Source: Malacoraja senta
Taxonomy: Eukaryota
DNA: 64,000 bases
Direction of reading: 5' to 3'
Assembly: GCA_038087875.1 (NCBI GenBank)
Contig: CM075988.1
Location: 11,966,001 to 12,030,000, forward strand
Part shown: positions 61,336-64,000 of the stretch, piece by piece
Position numbering within the stretch: the stretch's first letter is position 1
Layout of the letters: every line of letters begins with the position of its first letter
Made by a program: the position numbers and the translations under genes
Notes under the pieces: generated by a model
Seen by the model: the letters and a program-made list of their open reading frames with translations, nothing else
What the model was told of the DNA's origin: nothing
Databases searched by the model: none

Positions 61336-62083
61336 GAATCAAAATCATATTTTATTAGCCAAGTATGTTTTGCAACATACGAGCAATTTCATTTGCCATA
61401 CAGTCATACCAATAAAAAGCAACAGAACACACAAAGTACATGTTAACATGAACATCCACCACAGTGACTCCTCCGCATTCCTCACTGTGATGGAAGGCGC
61501 AAAAATATTCAATCTCTCCCTTCTTTGACCTCCAGCTGTCGGGGGCCTCGAACCTTCCGTTGACAGGACGATCTTACTCCCGTAGTTGGTGGCGGGCCTT
61601 CTTCGCGGGGCGATCAAGTTCCTGCATCGGGGAGGGGGGGGGGGATCTCAGCAGGGCGATCTACCCCAGGTCGGGGCTAGTCGAACGTTGTGCGGCTTTT
61701 GGAGCTTACTGACGTCAGTCTCAACCCGAAACTGCGAGCTCTCGATGGTGAAATCCGCAGGCTGCGGTTGGATCTCAGGAAAAGGATCGGCTCCGCTGGA
61801 AAATCCACGTCCCCGCGGTGGGGCTCAAAGTCAGTCCCGAGCAAGGCCTCCAGCTCCATGATGTTTGGCCGCAGAGCGACCGGAGATACGATCCAGAAAA
61901 CAATCGCATCTCCGGCAAGGTAAGAGATTAAAACAAAGTTTCCCCCGATCCCCCGCCCACCTCCCACATAAAACAAACCAGAGAACATTAACACACACTT
62001 TTAAAATACACTAAAAATAACAAAAAATAAAGACGAAACGGACAGACATACTGTAGGCGAGGCTGCCATCGAAGCGCCACCTG
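61336..62083 (-). mobile_element. ~750-bp CpG-rich non-autonomous retroposon (Rex1/Babar-type ends) inserted in a CR1 remnant
   Basis: Minus 5' end CCAGGTGGCGC..ATGGCAGCCTCGCC, 3' end GGCTAATAAAATATGATTTTGATTC; CR1 sequence on both sides (61270-61335, 62085-62285). Confidence 0.7.
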
Positions 62084-62439
62084 GTGGAATAGGCCAATAG
62101 AAATAAAGTCTTTGAATATTTCTAGAGCAGTGATTGCTAGATATTTCTTAAGCAAGGGATGAAAAGTCACGACAAGGAGTTGGGAACTCACAAGTGAAAA
62201 TACAATCAGACCAGTTGTCATCATATCAAATGTTGCAGCACACTTGAGGGACTGAGTAGCCTACTCTTGCTCCTAATTTGTATGTTTGCATGGCCTGTGT
62301 TTTTTAGGCAGAGGACAATAGCTAGTCATCCCAGATTTAAATTAATTACAAATAAGTTTACTGTTGAGTTGAGGAATTGGTCTGAGAGGGAGGCAGAATT
62401 GTGTTTCTTATTTTCTTTTGGTGCTTTTGAAATTGAATT

Positions 62440-62552
62440 CTGTCCTTGATTTGTGTTATTTAATTTATTCCGATTATGTGTTTTTTGTTTTGTTGTGATT
62501 CTATGCATTGTAAGGTGTCCTTGGGTTTTAGAAAGGCGCCAGTAAATAAATG

Positions 62553-62583
<31 letters not shown>

Positions 62584-62590
62584 TTATTCA
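62440..62590 (+). mobile_element. L2-type 3' tail with (TTA)n
   Basis: TGTAAGGTGTCCTTGGGTTTTAGAAAGGCGCCAGTAAATAAATG followed by (TTA)n at 62553-62588. Confidence 0.75.
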
Positions 62591-62739
62591 CATTTATACT
62601 AAATATCTGCTATGCACTTGAACAATCGGATCAGATGTGCTGTCAACCGAGAGTTGGAAACTGGAACCATTTGTGTTAACATTGGTAGAATGGGCCAAAT
62701 GGTCCCCTATGATTGAAATGGGTCCAGGAACACAGGACT

Positions 62740-63110
62740 TGCCTCATTGACAGATGCCAACTTGTTGAGGTGTTTAAGACAACGAGGGTCCAGAACAAAA
62801 TAGAGGGAAACTTTTGTTTTTGCCCATGGTGAGATGTTAAAAACCAGGGGTCACAGATTTATGTTCAGCACTTTAAATCAAAGATGTGATGCGGCAATTA
62901 TTTCTTCAGCAACAAGCATGTTGACATTTGGATGGCATTGCCTGACCTGGTGATGGTTGCGGATTCAATGGTGGCTTTCAGCAGGAATTAGATTAGCTTT
63001 TGAGCAAGAGGGAGTGAGAGAGAGAATTGCAGAGCTCCAGTGGAGCAGAGTGAAACTAGTTACAGTGTTCTTGCAGTATGACTGCCTCTTATGCACTTAG
63101 CACCATATGC
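62740..63110 (+). mobile_element. Decayed CR1 3' fragment
   Basis: AAAACCAGGGGTCACAGATTTA...TTTGGATGGCATTGCCTGA..GGTGATGG. Confidence 0.6.
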
Positions 63111-63837
63111 TTCCTTGCGCGATTCAGCGTAAGGAGCTGGTTCTGAAAATAACAATATTCTAATTGGACTGTGAGTTCGTAATGGAGGACCTTGTAGAAA
63201 TTGGCAGTGTGGCTTTTAAAACTCTAAAAGGGTTATTGCTAAAGACCATACAAGCATGAAATGAACCCGGGAGAGGCCTTTCATTGATTAACAAAGCAGA
63301 GAAAGTCTCTGAATGAGTTCTCAACTAATACCTTCATAGATTATTGCTGCTGAAGTGATGCAAAAATCACCTGCCACTTATCTGACAGATTCAGAATTAT
63401 TAAATTAATCAGAATGTGTGCTAATCTATATAAAAAAAACTCTCAGAGCAGTGAAAAATAATGCATAAAAGCTTAATATGTGGAATAAGCTAATTACTGA
63501 TTGAATAATGTCTTGAAGCAAACTCGCTGAACTGCCATTTATTAATTGTCTTTTAATTGCACTGTATGATATAATCAAATCAATTTCCAATATAGGAGCT
63601 ACTTTTTTTTGCTGCAATACCCCGCCTGCTCAGATCCCATTCTCCTTTTCTTCAGTCTTCAGTACTCATAATGTTATCATTTTTATTTACGAACAGTTTT
63701 CAACTCATTATGGCAAAGAATAATATATTCTGAACCTTTTTCCCCCACTGTTTGCAGTGTTTGCATTTTACAAATGCATGTAACAAGGATGGGGCTATCA
63801 AAATAACAACCTTTTGATGGTATACTACAGTCAATTA

Positions 63838-64000
63838 AGAGGGACGCAAGGAAATGCAGATGCTGGAATCTTGAGCAAAACACAAAAGTGCTGGAGTAAC
63901 TTGGCGGGTCAGGCAGGATCTGCGGAGAACATGGATAGGTGATGTTTTGGGTCGAGACCCTTCGTCAGATGTTATAGTTGGGGGAGAGTGGGGAAAAAGG
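63838..64000 (-). mobile_element. PLE 3' unit continuing off the window edge
   Basis: GCAGATGCTGGA...GGATAGGTGATGTTTTGGGTCGAGACCCTTCGTCAGA then purine-rich (reverse UTR) tract. Confidence 0.8.

Noticed and set aside
1-64000. CRISPR array or prokaryotic system
   Set aside because: Repeats are dispersed, in both orientations and divergent; no regular repeat-spacer period, no operons, eukaryotic retroelement content

Overview
AT-rich vertebrate non-coding DNA, almost certainly from a cartilaginous fish. The repeat complement (HE1-type V-SINEs, HER1/CR1 LINEs, SacSINE1-like Deu-SINEs) points to an elasmobranch, probably a skate or ray. I recognise no intact host protein-coding gene; the recognisable ORFs in the track are transposon debris and the rest look like noise. 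The window is an intron or gene desert packed with CR1, Rex1/Babar, L2, RTE and Penelope-like (PLE) retroelement fragments, about 14 tRNA-derived V-SINEs and one Harbinger-type MITE, separated by repeat-free AT-rich blocks that look like conserved non-coding elements. The strongest unexplained signal is a ~100-140 bp unit present about 30 times. It carries a minimal type I hammerhead ribozyme core (CTGAAGA-a-GGGT/CTCG/ACCC-GAAAC-GTC) and is attached at 388-1103 to a PLE GIY-YIG endonuclease remnant. It also occurs as solo or palindromic mini-elements with their own target-site duplications. Also notable are a teleost AFC-like CORE-SINE (horizontal-transfer candidate), a TSD-bounded 440-bp structured RTE-derived element, and one good candidate + strand exon. 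Family names come from recalled consensus sequences, not database searches, and boundaries of decayed repeats are approximate.
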